From: Podarcis muralis
Lineage: Eukaryota
DNA length: 64,000 nt
Direction of reading: 5' to 3'
Assembly: GCF_964188315.1 (NCBI RefSeq)
Contig: NC_135667.1
Span: forward strand, 8,494,001 to 8,558,000
The position numbers and the translations under genes are program-made. Below are positions 9,219 to 22,093 of this stretch, piece by piece (position 1 is the stretch's first letter; each line of letters opens with the position of its first letter). The notes under the pieces are model-generated. The model made no database searches. It saw only the letters and a program-made list of their open reading frames with translations, and was not told the origin of the DNA.

Positions 9219-11146
9219 ATGCTGTGGCTGCTGATGTTATCTCTTCTCCCTCCTGCTGTGTGCAAAGTAGATACACTTAGGTGTCCCATGAATTATCCAT
9301 TCCCTGCTCCACATCAGTGGTACCAACCAGGTGACCTCATCATTGGTGGGATTGCTTCTCAGATCTTTTATTTCTTCTTTGAAGTTTTCTTCAAGGAGCA
9401 CCCTTCACAGAATATGTTTGATGTTCCATAGTAAGAGCCTTCCCCCTCTTTGCATCATTCTAAATCTCCTTTGCTTTTGTGTCATGTGTTTTAGATTGCA
9501 AATCTGAAGATAGAGATTGTCTTTGTTATTTTTTCAGGTGCTGTGGGAGAGAGCTGAAGAGAGGCACTAAAAATGCTTGAATCAATACATCTACCATTCC
9601 TCAAGGAGTCATTTTTAATTATTGACAGAAAATCTTTTGGGCAATCTCTGGCCACTCCTCATTCTCTGTCACATTATTTATCTTGGGCAATGTAGACAAT
9701 AGTAGTTTGGTTTACCATATTGAGAATGCTTTCCATTCTGTAAAGCAAAATGAGGAAAAGGATTTTGAATTTTTGTTGCAAAAAATTATTGCACCAAACA
9801 ATTGAAATTGTTCTACCATTCAGACATTTATGAGGATAAAGTTGAAAATGGGGGGGGGGGGGTAATCTGGAGAAGAAATTCAAATGATAAGACTAGAGCC
9901 ATGTCTAAAGTTGTCTTTCAATTTCTCAAATGTTTTGTTCCCACATTAAAGAATCCTGAGTTTTTCTGCATTTGCAGGGAACTTTAGTAATTTTTCAAGG
10001 TATGAGGTTAAGCTTATTTCATTGTTGTGCAGTGGACGATATGGGTGTATATATTTTACTTACAAAACTATTTTAAATATATATCTACATATCATTCTTT
10101 TATAAAAAAATCAAAGTAGCTTACATCAGAAATACATAAAACCAAGCCCTAAACCAAGTTAAAAGCCATATTAAAAAGCTAAAAATGTGCATGTTTTTCT
10201 TTCAATTAAACATCTATACAATGCTTTCAAATTGCCTCCTCTGTGGAAGGAGATAACTCATTTTGCACTTCCCTGAGTTTTAATATAAATGTTGGGAGAT
10301 GGTGAGTCTGGCTGGTAAGCCCCTGCGATTAGTGGTCTTGCTGATTTTCTTTATAAAGGAATGTCCTTCATTTTGCCTAAATAAAAAATTTCTCCCCTTT
10401 AGAAAAATAAAGAAAAAGACTTTTAAATATGTAACAATCGACAACTTTCAGAAGTATAGTAGACTGTCTCCCAAGATTCCCACTGGGGAATCAAGAGAAC
10501 TGAGAAGGTCAAGAAAGAAATTGATAGCATGTGTTTCAAAGTGTTAGGCATACCTTGAGAGAGGATAATCTTTATATGAAGTGCACTGAGTTTAACAGCT
10601 TAGAAAAATCAATGACATTTAAAATAATTTTATGTCAATCTTAATCTGTTTGTGGTAAAAATGGCATTGTGGCAAATTGATCTCATATTCCAAAGTTGTA
10701 CATTAATTATCTTTGCTTGCAGTGTAGTAACAAAATTCTACCAGCACATTCTTGCCTTGGCATTTGCTGTGAAAGAGATAAATGAGAACCCCAGGTTTTG
10801 TCCTAATATCACTCTCGGCTTCCACATCTATGATAGCTACTATGATGCCAGAATGACCTATCGTACCACTCTTGACCTGCTCTTCAAATCACATCGATTT
10901 GTTCCCAACTACAAATGTGACACCCAGAAAAATCTCATAGCCATCATTGGGGGACTTAGCGCTGACACCTCCTTCTATATGGCTGACACAATCGGCCTCT
11001 ACAAGATTCCACAGGTAGGAGCTCTGAAAAGGTATCACAAAATACACTCTTGCCTTACCATTCTGGGAGTCATTTTGAACTTTAGAAAAAGGAAGGGTTT
11101 TTGACTGACATTTAAATCTGATTTTTTTTTTAAAATTGACGCTACG

Positions 11147-11199
<53 letters not shown>

Positions 11200-14100
11200 T
11201 ATTACTATTATTACTATTATTACATATTGCAGTGCTTTAAGTTGACCTGAGCTTTCTGCAACTCCACCCCAACTGGTTTAAAGGTGGCCTAGTAGATTTC
11301 TCAGCATCCCCCTACAAATGCCATTTTCCCTAGCATTCCATTTCTAGCCAATCCATTCCCATCTCCATGTGAGCCATAAGGAGGACACTTGCTTGCTCCA
11401 TGAACCGTCTTGAGGGGCTGGGAGCTGGGGGCACTGTCATACAGTGGTTCCGCTCCTTCCTCCTGGGCCGTGTTCAGAAAGTGGTGGTGGGGGATGAGTG
11501 TTCAGACCCCTGGGCCCTCACTTGTGGGGTGCCTCAGGGCTCTGTCCTCTCCCCCATGCTTTTCAACATTTACATGCAGCCACTGGGAGAGATCATCAGG
11601 AGGTTTGGGCTGGGTGTTCATCAGTATGCGGATGATACCCAGCTCTACCTCTCTTTTAAATCAGAACCAGTGAAGGCAGTGAAGGTCCTGTGTGAGTGCC
11701 TGGAGGCGGTTGGAGGATGGATGGCGGCTAACAGATTGAGGTTGAATCCCGACAAGACAGAAGTACTGTTTTTGGGGGACAGGAGGCGGGCAGGTGTGGA
11801 GGATTCCCTGGTCCTGAATGGGGTAACTGTGCCCCTGAAGGACCAGGTGCGCAGCCTGGGAGTCATTTTGGACTCACAGCTGTCCATGGAGGCACAGGTC
11901 AAATCTGTATCCAGGGCAGCTGTTTACCAGCTCCATCTGGTACGTAGGCTGAGACCCTATCTGCCTGCGGACTGTCTCGCCAGAGTGGTACATGCTCTGG
12001 TTATCTCCCGCTTGGACTACTGCAATGCGCTCTACGTGGGGCTACCTTTGAAGGTGACCCGGAAACTACAACTAATCCAGAATGCGGCAGCTAGACTGGT
12101 GACTGGGTGCGGCCGCCGAGACCATATAACACCGGTCTTGAAAGACCTACATTGGCTCCCAGTAAGTTTCCGAGCACAATTCAAAGTGTTGGTGTTGACC
12201 TTTAAAGCCCTAAACGGCCTTGGTCCAGTATACCTGAAGGAGCGTCTCCACCCCCATCGTTCTGCCCGGACACTGAGGTCCAGCTCCGAGGGCCTTCTGG
12301 CGGTTCCCTCACTACGAGAGGTCAAGTTACAGGGAACCAGGCAGAGGGCCTTCTCGGTAGTGGCGCCCGTCCTGTGGAACGCCCTCCCGTCAGATGTCAA
12401 AGTGATAAACAACTACCTGACATTCAGAAGACATCTGAAGGCAGCCCTGTTCAGGGAAGTTTTTAATATGTGACATTTTAGTGTATTTTTTATCTTTGTT
12501 GGAAGCCGCCCAGAGTGGCTGGGGAAACCCAGCCAGATGGGCGGGGTACAAATAATAAATTATTATTATTATTATTATTATGAACAAACCTGGGGCTGGA
12601 AATTACAGCTCCCAATCTCCTCTCCTGCCACACTCACTGAAACAAAAGGGAAATCACTGCCGTCTAACATCCTTCTGTCACATGCACTTACTACCTCAAT
12701 TCTTTCGAAGTCGTTGCTTCTTCAACTTCATCCCAAACTTTCTGGCCCCTTTTTCCTTCCTGGCCCTTTGTCCCTTCCTTGTCTATTCTAGTTATCTGTC
12801 TTCCTCCATTCATTTACTTTTTCAATTTCCCCCTTTCCTTTCAATTATAAAAACCTTTTGGAATTGAGTAGTGGTCATTATTTTCTTTTGTATTGTTCCT
12901 GTTCTTGTTTATATTTGGTATTTTGTGCTTTTATTTCACATTTTTATGCTGAAAACACCCTGAGATCTTCAGATGAAGGGCAATACACTAACTACCTAAC
13001 AACCTAACTACCTAACTAACTAACTAACTACCTAACTTCTTGGATTTAACCCATAAATTGCTTAAACATGTATTTTTTTGAATAAACTGGCATCTGCTGC
13101 TAAGCAATCTCTTTAACGTACGTACATTTTCTTTTAGCTCACATATGGGTCATCTCCCCCAGACAAAAATTATGGAAGCCAAGTACCATTTTACCGCATG
13201 GTGCCCAGTGAAGCCCATCAGCATATGGGGATTATCAGTTTGCTTAAGCATTTCAGATGGACCTGGGTCGGGCTCTTCACTGTCGATGATAATAGTGGAG
13301 AACATTTCTTGGAGACCCTGGAGCCATTATTTTCCCATAATGGAATCTGTTTAACCTTCACGCAAAGAATCCCACAAATACCCCGTTTTGATAACTTTGA
13401 TGGATTTCATGATATAGTTTTGAATATTTATGTTCATTTAACAGATGACAAAGCCCATGTATTTATGATGTATGGAGAATCTATGACAATTATATGGCTC
13501 AGAAGTATTCTATTTCCAAGCGATCCTGAAAATAGGGAAACATCATCATTTAAAAAGGTGTGGATTGTAACATCTCAGATTGATTTCATATTAACAGGAT
13601 TTCAAAGGAGTTGGGGCCTTCAGATCTTCCAAGGTGCTATTTCCTTCACAATTCATTCACAAAATCTCCCACAGTTCCAACGATTTCTTCAGGGAATAAA
13701 ACTTCACTGGACACAGGGAGATGGGTTTTTCAAGGACTTCTGGGAGCAAGCATTTGATTGTACATTTCCAAATCCCAGTGTACCAATAGAGGACATTGAC
13801 CTGTGTACTGGGGAGGAAAGGTTGCAGAGTCTTCCAGCATCTCTATTTGAAATGAGCATGACTGGCCACAGCTACAGTATCTACAAGGCTGTTTACATTG
13901 TGGCTCATATTTTGCAAGGGATATACTTGACTGGTTTCAAGAAAAGAGCCATAGGAAACAGTGGAATATTAAAAATTCAAGATCTGCAGCCTTGGCAGGT
14001 AATGGATTGCAATTGAAGAGTATAAAAATATCAGACAATTTCAATGAATAGATTTGTAAAAGTAAAAGGTTGATGACAATTGGAAGAAACAAGCTGCTGC

Positions 14101-17100
14101 TAAAATGCCACTACGGGTCTCATTCACTGAAGAATATTTAATATCAAGCAGCTGATTAATGCTGGGTCTTTGTTAGAATAAGTTACATAAACATAGGTAA
14201 ATAATATTCCTAAAGAATGTTGGTAGAAAATCATGGCATTTTATTAAAAGCTCCATTGCATTATTTTCCTTTCATGTGTTTCGTCTCTTTCCTTAGCTGC
14301 ACCATTTTTTCCATGACATTTCATTTAACAACTCAGCTGGAGAAACAGTAACATTTACTGATAAGAGAGAAATGCGAGGTGGATTTGACATAATGAACAT
14401 GGTCACATTCCCAAATAAGTCTTTCATTCAATTGAAAATAGGATGTGTGAATCCCTATGCTCTTGATGGAAAGGAATTCATCATTCATGAGGACAAGATT
14501 ATGTGGCCCAAAGGTTTTAAACAGGTCTGGCATCCGGGGTCATTCAGGAGTCTTCAGATGGGTCATTCAGGTGTCTCAACATAACCATCACTGATTTCTT
14601 TCATAAACGCATGAAAATAATTTTGGTACCAGCTGGATGCAATTATGAGCTTCCAAAACCAAACTATTCTTTTGTTTTAATAATGTTTACTATGCCACAT
14701 TTATTGCTGTGGGTTAAACCACAGATCCTAGGACTTGCCGATCAGAAGGTTGGCGGTTCGAATCCCCGCGACGGGGTGAGCTCCTGTTGCTCGGTCCCAG
14801 CTCCTGCCAACCTAGCAGTTCAAAAGCACATCAAAGTGCAAGTAGATAAATAGGTACCGCTCTGGCGGGAAGGTAAACAGCGTTTCCGTGCGCTGCTCTG
14901 GATCGCCAGAAGCGGCTTAGTCATGCTGGCCACATGACCCGGAAATTGTACGCTGGCTCCCTCGGCCAATAAAGCGAGATGAGTGCCGCAACCCCAGAGT
15001 CGGTCACGACTGGACCTAATGGTCAGGGGTCCCTTTACCTTTACCACTTATGCCACATTTATACATGGCAGTGCTCACATTATATAGATAAAAAAACTGA
15101 GGTGCAAATAGGTGACTCTTTTAAATAGTAAGTTGGTATAGCACTTTTGAAGGGCACGTTTTAATATCTAGGTAGTGCTGTAACTTTCCATTGGTTTGAC
15201 TTCACCTCGAAGGTCCACTCTTCCATTTTCTCCTGAGACAGATCAGTGCTGACAAAACCCTAACCATTTCTGTATTCCTAAAGTGTTAACACCGCTCCCC
15301 CAGTCTGGCTTAGAAAAGTGGCTTGGGCTATGTTTTCGATGTGTATCAGCATTAGAGATGCACTGCCATATAATGTAGATTGTCTGTCATTTGCCGCCGC
15401 CGCCCCCATCCTTCTTCTTCAACATATGCAATTTGAGGTAAAGTCATCACCATTGTTTAGGACAAGTAGGTTTTTTCCTCTCCTATGATTGTCTTGATGG
15501 TTTGGGGTGGGGGATGGATTTTCCAACTTCATTGTAAACCTTACAAGCAGAACCGGGAAGGTGCAGTTAGTGGAGGCAGTCTGATAAGTGTTTCTCAGAT
15601 GAATTCTGGTTCCAGAAACTTTTCCAAAGGCTCTGCGACCTGTGTGGATGAATTTTACATCAACTCGTGTCGTTAGCTTGCTGGTGTTGGCCTCAAAGGG
15701 TGTGTGAATCATGAATACCTCATCCTATCATGAAGGATGCTTAGGAGCTTGATGAAAGTTTTAAATATTTCCCACACATGGTCTTTTCTCTATGCAATTT
15801 TTTCTGTGCAAAACTCTTCCTGGGTGTTATGGATATACAGTTAGAAAATGACTATGGAACTTTCCTACAATATAGGATTATGTCTGCAAGACTTTTATAT
15901 GGACAAAGATGGAAGGATCCAGTATTCTAACAATGGAATAGCTGTTAAAATTAATTATAACATTTTGATTTGAGGACTGAAGGTAATGTTTGTGTATAGA
16001 AAGTGGCATTCTAGGTCTTATATTGGAGTGGATAAAGTGAATATTGTTTATTTATAGCGAACAGAGGAAGAACCAGAAGTCAGTTACATTCTGAATTTTA
16101 TTTCTCTCTCTCGTTTCACCTCTTTTCTATTTCTTTTTCTTTGTTTTTCTCTTTCTCTTTCTTTGTCCCTTTCTTCCTCCCACATCTCTTTATGCTTTAT
16201 TGTATTCAGATCAAAGTCTTAGTTTGGACAAAAAAAAAAAAAAGGCAGGGAAAATATTTGATAATAAGTTTTGTATTTTTATCTATAAACCCTCATAAAG
16301 TTTATTTAAAAACCCCTCTCCCCAAAAACAAGATAATTTCCTGTTGACAGGTGGTGCCTGTTTCTGTGTGCAATGACTACTGCCACCCCGGTAATCGGAA
16401 GAAAAGGAAGGAAGGGCAGAAATTTTGCTGCTACGATTGTGTTCCATGTCCAGAAGGGAAGATTTCAAACCAGAATGGTAAACAACATTTTTCATCGTAC
16501 AAGACTAGTAATGATTAATGAGTCATATTGATGTTAAAGAACTTGTTTACTACGTTATGCATGTAGCCACACTGTCCTCCTTAGAGTGGCATGAACATTT
16601 TTTCTGCTGCCTTCAAGTAACTTCTTATAAAAACTTTCAAAAATGAATATTAATTAAAATGTTTTAAACAAGGCTATAATATGGTCAGCTCAAAGGGTAA
16701 TTCAGATAATATTAGATGACCACCAATGACCTTAATATCGGAAGATTGAGATAAACAGGTGGAGGTTGCCCTCCCTTCTCCTGAAGCTTCCAGAGGAGAA
16801 GAAGGCAGTACAGTGGTACCTCGGGTTCCAGACACTTCAGGTTACAGGTGCTTCAGGTTACAGACTCCACTAACCCAGACATAGTACCTCGGGTTAAGAA
16901 CTTTGCTTCAGGATGCGAACAGAAATTGCACTGTGGCCACGTGGCGGCAGCAGCAGGAGGCCCCATTAGCGAAAGTGGTACCTCAGGTTAAAAGAACAGT
17001 TTCAGGTTAAGAATGGACCCCCAGAACGAATTAAGTTCTTAACCCGAGGTACCACTGTATTGAATAACATTGGTTGATTTAGGAAAGTCACAGCTCAGAG

Positions 17101-18449
17101 ACAGAAAAACAGAAATCTTGGGAGCTCTTGGGAGAAGAGCCAGGTGAGACAGCGCAGCCAGCTGACGGGTCATCACTGGAGAGCATTTCTGACCCTCTTC
17201 TCCAAGAAGTCAGCGTTCATTGAGGGTTCATTGAGCAAAGGACTCAGAGACAGTTAGCTCCTGGCAGTCACCAACAGGGGAAGTGCTCTTGCTAGGAAGG
17301 GAGGCAGGTAGAGCTCATTTGGAGCAACACCATTGATGGGGAGGCAGACTGATTCCGTTGTCTCGCGCTGTGATGATTTAACAAACTCATTAGTAAGAAC
17401 TCTTTCTTGTTTTTCTCTGCTCCTTGCATCCACCGGAGGCGGGAGAGAATTACCCGGATTCTGACAAGAGGAATGATAACTTAGATTTAAGAGGCAAAGG
17501 ACACTCATTAATTGCAATTGGAGTTTGGCCTTATGCTATTTTTTCAGATTTGGACAACTGCTTCAGATGCCCAGAAGATCAGTATGCAAACAAGAACAAA
17601 AATGGATGCATTCCCAAGTTAATAACCTTTCTTTCCTATAAGGAACCTTTAGGGATTGGCTTAACTTCAGTTGCTGTTCTTTGTTCCCTAATTACAATTT
17701 TGGTGCTGGGAACTTTTATTAAACACAAAGACACTCCCATTGTCAAAGCCAACAACAGGGATCTCACCTATGCTCTCCTCATTGCCCTCTTACTCTGCTT
17801 CCTCTCATCCCTTCTATTCATTGGACACCCTGGCCAAATGACCTGCCTTCTTCGACAACCCACTTTTGGCATCATCTTCTCCGTGGCTGTTTCTTGTGTG
17901 TTGGCCAAAACCACCACTGTAGTTGCAGCTTTCATGGCCACCAAGCCTGGGTCCACTATGAGGAAGTGGGTGGGGAAAAGACTGAGCAACTGCATTGTCC
18001 TTTCCGGCTCACTCATTCAAGTGAGTATTTGTACTGGGTGGTTGATGACCTCTCCCCCATTCCCTGATCTAGACATGCACTCAGTAACAAAGGAAACCAT
18101 TGTGCAGTGCAATGAAGGCTCAGTGACCATGTTTTACTGTGTCCTGGGCTACATGGGCCTCCTGGCCGTTGCCAGCTTCATTGTGGCATTTGCAGCTCGC
18201 AAATTACCAGACAGTTTCAATGAAGCCAAGTTCATTACCTTCAGCATGTTGCTGTTCTGCAGTGTTTGGCTTTCTTTTGTTCCAACCTATCTGAGCACCA
18301 AAGGAAAATACATGGTGGTGGTGGAGATCTTCTCCATCTTGTCCTCCAGTGCTGGTTTGTTGGGCTGCATCTTTGCCCCTAAATTCTACATCATTGTTCT
18401 GAAGCCTGAGCTGAACAGCAGGGAGCAACTAATGAGGAGAAAGATGTAA
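9219..18449 (+). CDS. V2R gene B, complete, 873 aa. Exons 9219-9430, 10723-11014, 13138-13998, 14297-14524, 16351-16477, 17548-18449
   Basis: Signal peptide [15 protein letters not shown] and [11 protein letters not shown] motif. Exon 2 is 292 bp ([18 protein letters not shown]...LGFHIYDS). All junctions are GT-AG; spliced length 2622 nt with no internal stop. An alternative in-frame ATG lies at 9174. Confidence 0.95.
11148..11223. repeat. (TTA)n/(TAC) microsatellite in intron 2 of B
   Basis: About 25 trinucleotide units; C and D have only a short (TTG)n here. Confidence 0.9.
11406..12579 (+). mobile_element. Young 5'-truncated L2 LINE in intron 2 of B, with an uninterrupted RT C-terminal ORF (11400-12473)
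   Basis: [22 protein letters not shown] and SRLDYCN motifs; (ATT)n tail. 6-bp TSD ATGAAC at 11400-11405 and 12580-12585. Empty site GCTCCATGAACAAA in C near 23735. Confidence 0.95.
12988..13036. repeat. (CTAA/CTAC)n microsatellite in intron 2 of B
   Basis: Imperfect tetranucleotide run; orthologous run at 24145-24201 in C. Confidence 0.85.
14705..15048 (+). mobile_element. Sauria-type SINE in intron 4 of B (same insertion as in A)
   Basis: Identical position, truncation point and 14-bp TSD (14691-14704, 15049-15062). Confidence 0.9.
15810..16312 (+). mobile_element. Old L1 3' remnant in intron 4 of B
   Basis: Paralogous copy of 2766-3263 with the same internal deletion. Confidence 0.7.
16760..17466. 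mobile_element. Putative solo LTR in intron 5 of B; 41 bp of the left end deleted
   Basis: Paralogue of 3711-4458; ends TCTGACA|AGAGG. Confidence 0.65.
16811..17057. mobile_element. Tc1/mariner-type MITE nested in the LTR of B
   Basis: Perfect 17-bp TIR CAGTGGTACCTCGGGTT / AACCCGAGGTACCACTG; TA TSD. Confidence 0.9.
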
Positions 18450-18908
18450 ATATTTTCCCCAAAGATTGCATCTTTGTTCTTCATTCTATTGTACTCTTAT
18501 ATATTAAGGAGTTTAGTATAAAGTTGTTACTATAAGTACCTCTGGTCTCACTCTTTTGTGGGAGAAGTACCAGCATGTAATAAAAAGTTCAGATTTGTGA
18601 AATTAAAGTGGATTAAATGTTATGTCAACCTAGCACAAGTGCAGGGGACCTCTGGCTTGTAGGCCAAATTTCATCTAGGAATGATTCCAATTGCCAGACC
18701 ATTCCTGACCATCCACACCCATCTCCCCTCATCAGACTATATAATTGACAGTAAGTGTATCACAGGTACCAATTATTTCAGAGGAACAATCTGGAGCTTA
18801 AAGTGAATTCCTGATTGTGCATTTGCCATAAGAAGCAGCAACTGCTAGAAAGATGGATGCAAAGACTCAATTCTGCAGTGGAAGACACTATCTGCTCCAA
18901 GAGGATGC

Positions 18909-19409
18909 ATCTGTGGAAATGTGCCTTCAGATAGACTCATCGCCTGGCATTGCGACACCAAGTGATTGAAAGGTGGAGCCCTTCAGATGCTGATAAACTA
19001 CAACTCCTTTTATCTCAAGCAGGTCTGGCTAGTGGCTAGGGGTGATGGGAGTTATAGGTCAGCAAAATTTGGAGGGCCAAATGTTCCCCACCACCTGCTT
19101 TATATAACAAATAAAAGATATTTAGTTGAAAACACTTGCATTTATTTTAACATTATTGTTTAATTTATTGTTGAGTGTTCTATGTCACAACCTCCAGTTT
19201 ATTGTTAATAAAGTGACAGTTTATGTCTCATGAGATTCATTTCCAGTTGTGCTGGCAATATGCGTAACCTTTTTTTAAAAAAAATGTTATTGATAACATT
19301 GATAAAGGTTATCCTGTTTTCCTGTCTGCCACAATCTCAGTGTGCATTAAAGGAGCTTGTACTAGATGACTCTTGAGGTCTCTCCCAACTCTAGAATTCT
19401 ATGATGCCC
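18909..19409. repeat. Segment X downstream of B
   Basis: Paralogue of 5901-6335; duplicated at 20619-21074. Confidence 0.6.
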
Positions 19410-20047
19410 AAGAATGGAAGGCAGCTTCTCCATTCCCTGCTTTTAAAGGGGTCCAAATCAAACAAATGGAGACCGGGTGTTTCCTCCTCAAAACATATTA
19501 TCCATAGCAAGTCATATTGGTTTGTTGGTTGACAGGAAAAGTGGTCAAACTTGTGGTTTCCTCTATAGGTCCCCTCCAGCCACCTTCCCACAGCTGAACT
19601 GCCAAACACATTTTAATTTCCACTGTGGGGAATTAGGTAGGATACACATTTTAAATGATGGATGCAGATTTAGTTTACAGATTAAAGAGATTTACTATTC
19701 ATTCATTCATATATATTTATACCCCACTCTTCCTCCAAGAGCAGCAAATAAGCCAGAACAACATCTTGAAAACACTTCTGGGCAATTGTAAACTGATTCT
19801 ATTAATTTATAGATGCCACACATAGAGAAATCGCTTTGTGGCATCTTGAGGGTTTCAAGTGAGGAACAAACTGCACATTACACATCAATACAAAATCCTT
19901 GAAACCTTTTTTATTGTTATAAATAGCTCGGTGAGAGATGGGTGGACATTTGGATTGGGAACACGCTGCACAGAAAATGAGTAAACTCTTTTGTCAACCC
20001 ATGATGATGATGCCAGTATATTGGGTCAATTTCCCATTCAGATATAT

Positions 20048-20618
20048 TATTATTATTATTTATTTTATTTCTATACCACCCTATACCTAAAGGTATCAGG
20101 GTGGTTCACATTAAAAATCACTTACATAAAATCAAAACAGAAAGCAGTTTTACTTCCCCACCCCCCGTGAAAAGAGCCAGCATTTTAAAAAGGGTATAGA
20201 ATGTCAGGTCAGGCAAAGGCCTGGTTGAAGAGGAATGTTTTTGCCTGATGCCTAAAGATGTAGAGTAAAGGTGCAAGGTGAATTTCCCTGGGGAGAGCAT
20301 TCCACAGATGGGGAACCACCGCAGAAAAGGCTCCTTCTTGTGTTGCCACCCTCCTGACCTATTGAGGAGGAGGCACATGAAGAAGGGCCTCAGAGGATGA
20401 TCTCAGGGCCCGGGCAGGTTCATATGGGGAGAGGCAGTCCTTAAGGTATTGTGGTCCTGAGCTGTTTAAGGCTTTATAGGTCACTTTGAATGGGGCCCAG
20501 AAACTAATCGGTAGCCAGTGCAGTTGGAGCAGGATCAGTGTAATATGGTCGAACTGTCTAGTTCCGGTGATCAACCTGGCCGCTGAGTTCTGCACTAGTT
20601 GTAGTTTCCATCTTCAGA
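20048..20618 (-). mobile_element. L2a fragment, B-C intergenic copy
   Basis: Near-identical to 6970-7540. Confidence 0.85.
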
Positions 20619-21074
20619 TGGAAATGTGTGGAAATGTGTCTTCAAATAGACTCATTGCCTGGCATTGCGACACCAAGTGATTGAAAGGTATGGCCCTCCA
20701 GATGCTGAGAAACTACAACTCCCTTTATCCCAAGCAGGTATGGCTAGTGGATAGGGGTGATGGGAGTTATAGGTTAGCAAAATTTGGAAGGCCAAATGTT
20801 CTCCAACACCTGCTTTATATAACAAATAAATGATATTTAGATGAAAACACTTGCATTTATTTTGACATCATTGTTTAATTTATTGTTCAGTGTTCTATGT
20901 CACACCCTCCAGTTTATTGTTAATAAAGTTTTGACAGTTTTTGATAACATTGATAAAGGTTATCCTTTTTTCCTGTCAGCCACAATCTCAGTTTGCATTA
21001 AATGAGATTGTACTAGATGACTTGTTCTAGATGACTTTTGAGGTCTCTCCCAACTCTAGAATTCTATGATGCCC
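20619..21074. repeat. X' copy, B-C intergenic
   Basis: Near-identical to 7541-7996. Confidence 0.8.
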
Positions 21075-21502
21075 TTAAGGTATTGTGGTACTGAGTTGTT
21101 TAAGGCTTCATAGGTCTATTGAATTGGGACCAGAACATATCAGTAGACAGTGCAGTTGGACCAGGAACGGTGTAATATGGTTGAACTGTCCAGTTCCGGT
21201 GATCAACCTGGCTGCTGAGTTCTGCACCAGTTGTAGTTTCTGAACCATCTTCAGAGGCAACCCTACGTATTGCAGTAATCTAACTTTGAGATTACCAGGG
21301 CATAGACAACAGTAGTTAGGTGATCCCTGTCCAGATAGGGGTGTAGCTGGGCTACCAGCCAAAGCTGATGGAAGGCACTCTGGGCCATAGAGGCCACCTG
21401 GGCCTCAAGTGACAGCAAGGGATCCAGGAATATCCCCAAGCTGCAAACCTGCTCCTTCAGAAGAAGTGCATCCCCATCAAGAGCAGGCAATCTCCCACCC
21501 AT
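21073..21502 (-). mobile_element. L2b fragment, B-C intergenic copy
   Basis: Minus ORFs LKEQVCSLGIFLDP...SKLDYCN and GLPLKMVQKLQLVQNSAARL. Confidence 0.85.
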
Positions 21503-22041
21503 GTGGTCTGAGTAATAACACTTTAGGAATCAGCCCCTGCCTACATGGTCAGTCATTGGAAATGATGGAAGCTGTATTCCAGCAGCACCTAGAACCCCAC
21601 AGGCTCTCCATTATTGGCAAAAAGAAATCGTAGCTTTATATTTCTTTGATAAAACTGCAGTTGACCAGCCTCCTTTCAATTCAGGATCATCTACTACTTC
21701 TCGGAGTCATCAAAGCCGAAAGTTTCAGTCTTGCTTTTCTTTTGGTGTTTGCTCACCATGGAAAATTGTATTTGTAACTTTTTCTGCCCCTAAGGAGCAG
21801 ATGATGGAAGGGGGGGGGGGCAGTTCAGCATGTTTGTTAGCAAAACTGCTACTTACAGCCAAAGCAATGAAAACGTAATTATCTCACCCAGCAATTATCC
21901 AAATCACTATAATTTGCTCACTTCTCTGAACCTTCCCAGTCTTTCCAGGACGCAAGAAATCAGTCAATAAGCAAATCTCAAAGTGGTTATAAAGAAACCA
22001 CGTGCTATTGGGAGCAGGAAATAGGGATAATGCTCATGTGT

Positions 22042-22051
22042 CACAGACACA

Positions 22052-22089
<38 letters not shown>
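22042..22089. repeat. Interrupted (CA)n upstream of C exon 1
   Basis: CA run with GA and TA interruptions. Confidence 0.9.

Positions 22090-22093
<4 letters not shown>

Noticed and set aside
11400-12473. Domesticated reverse-transcriptase gene
   Set aside because: The TSD, tail, 5' truncation and an empty site in paralogue C show a recent ordinary L2 insertion; the N-terminal RT motifs are absent.
17424-17547. N-terminal extension making a 341-aa stand-alone 7TM protein
   Set aside because: It starts at TTG inside the LTR/intron. The paralogues have a stop there (CATGAATT) and a clear acceptor lies at 17547.
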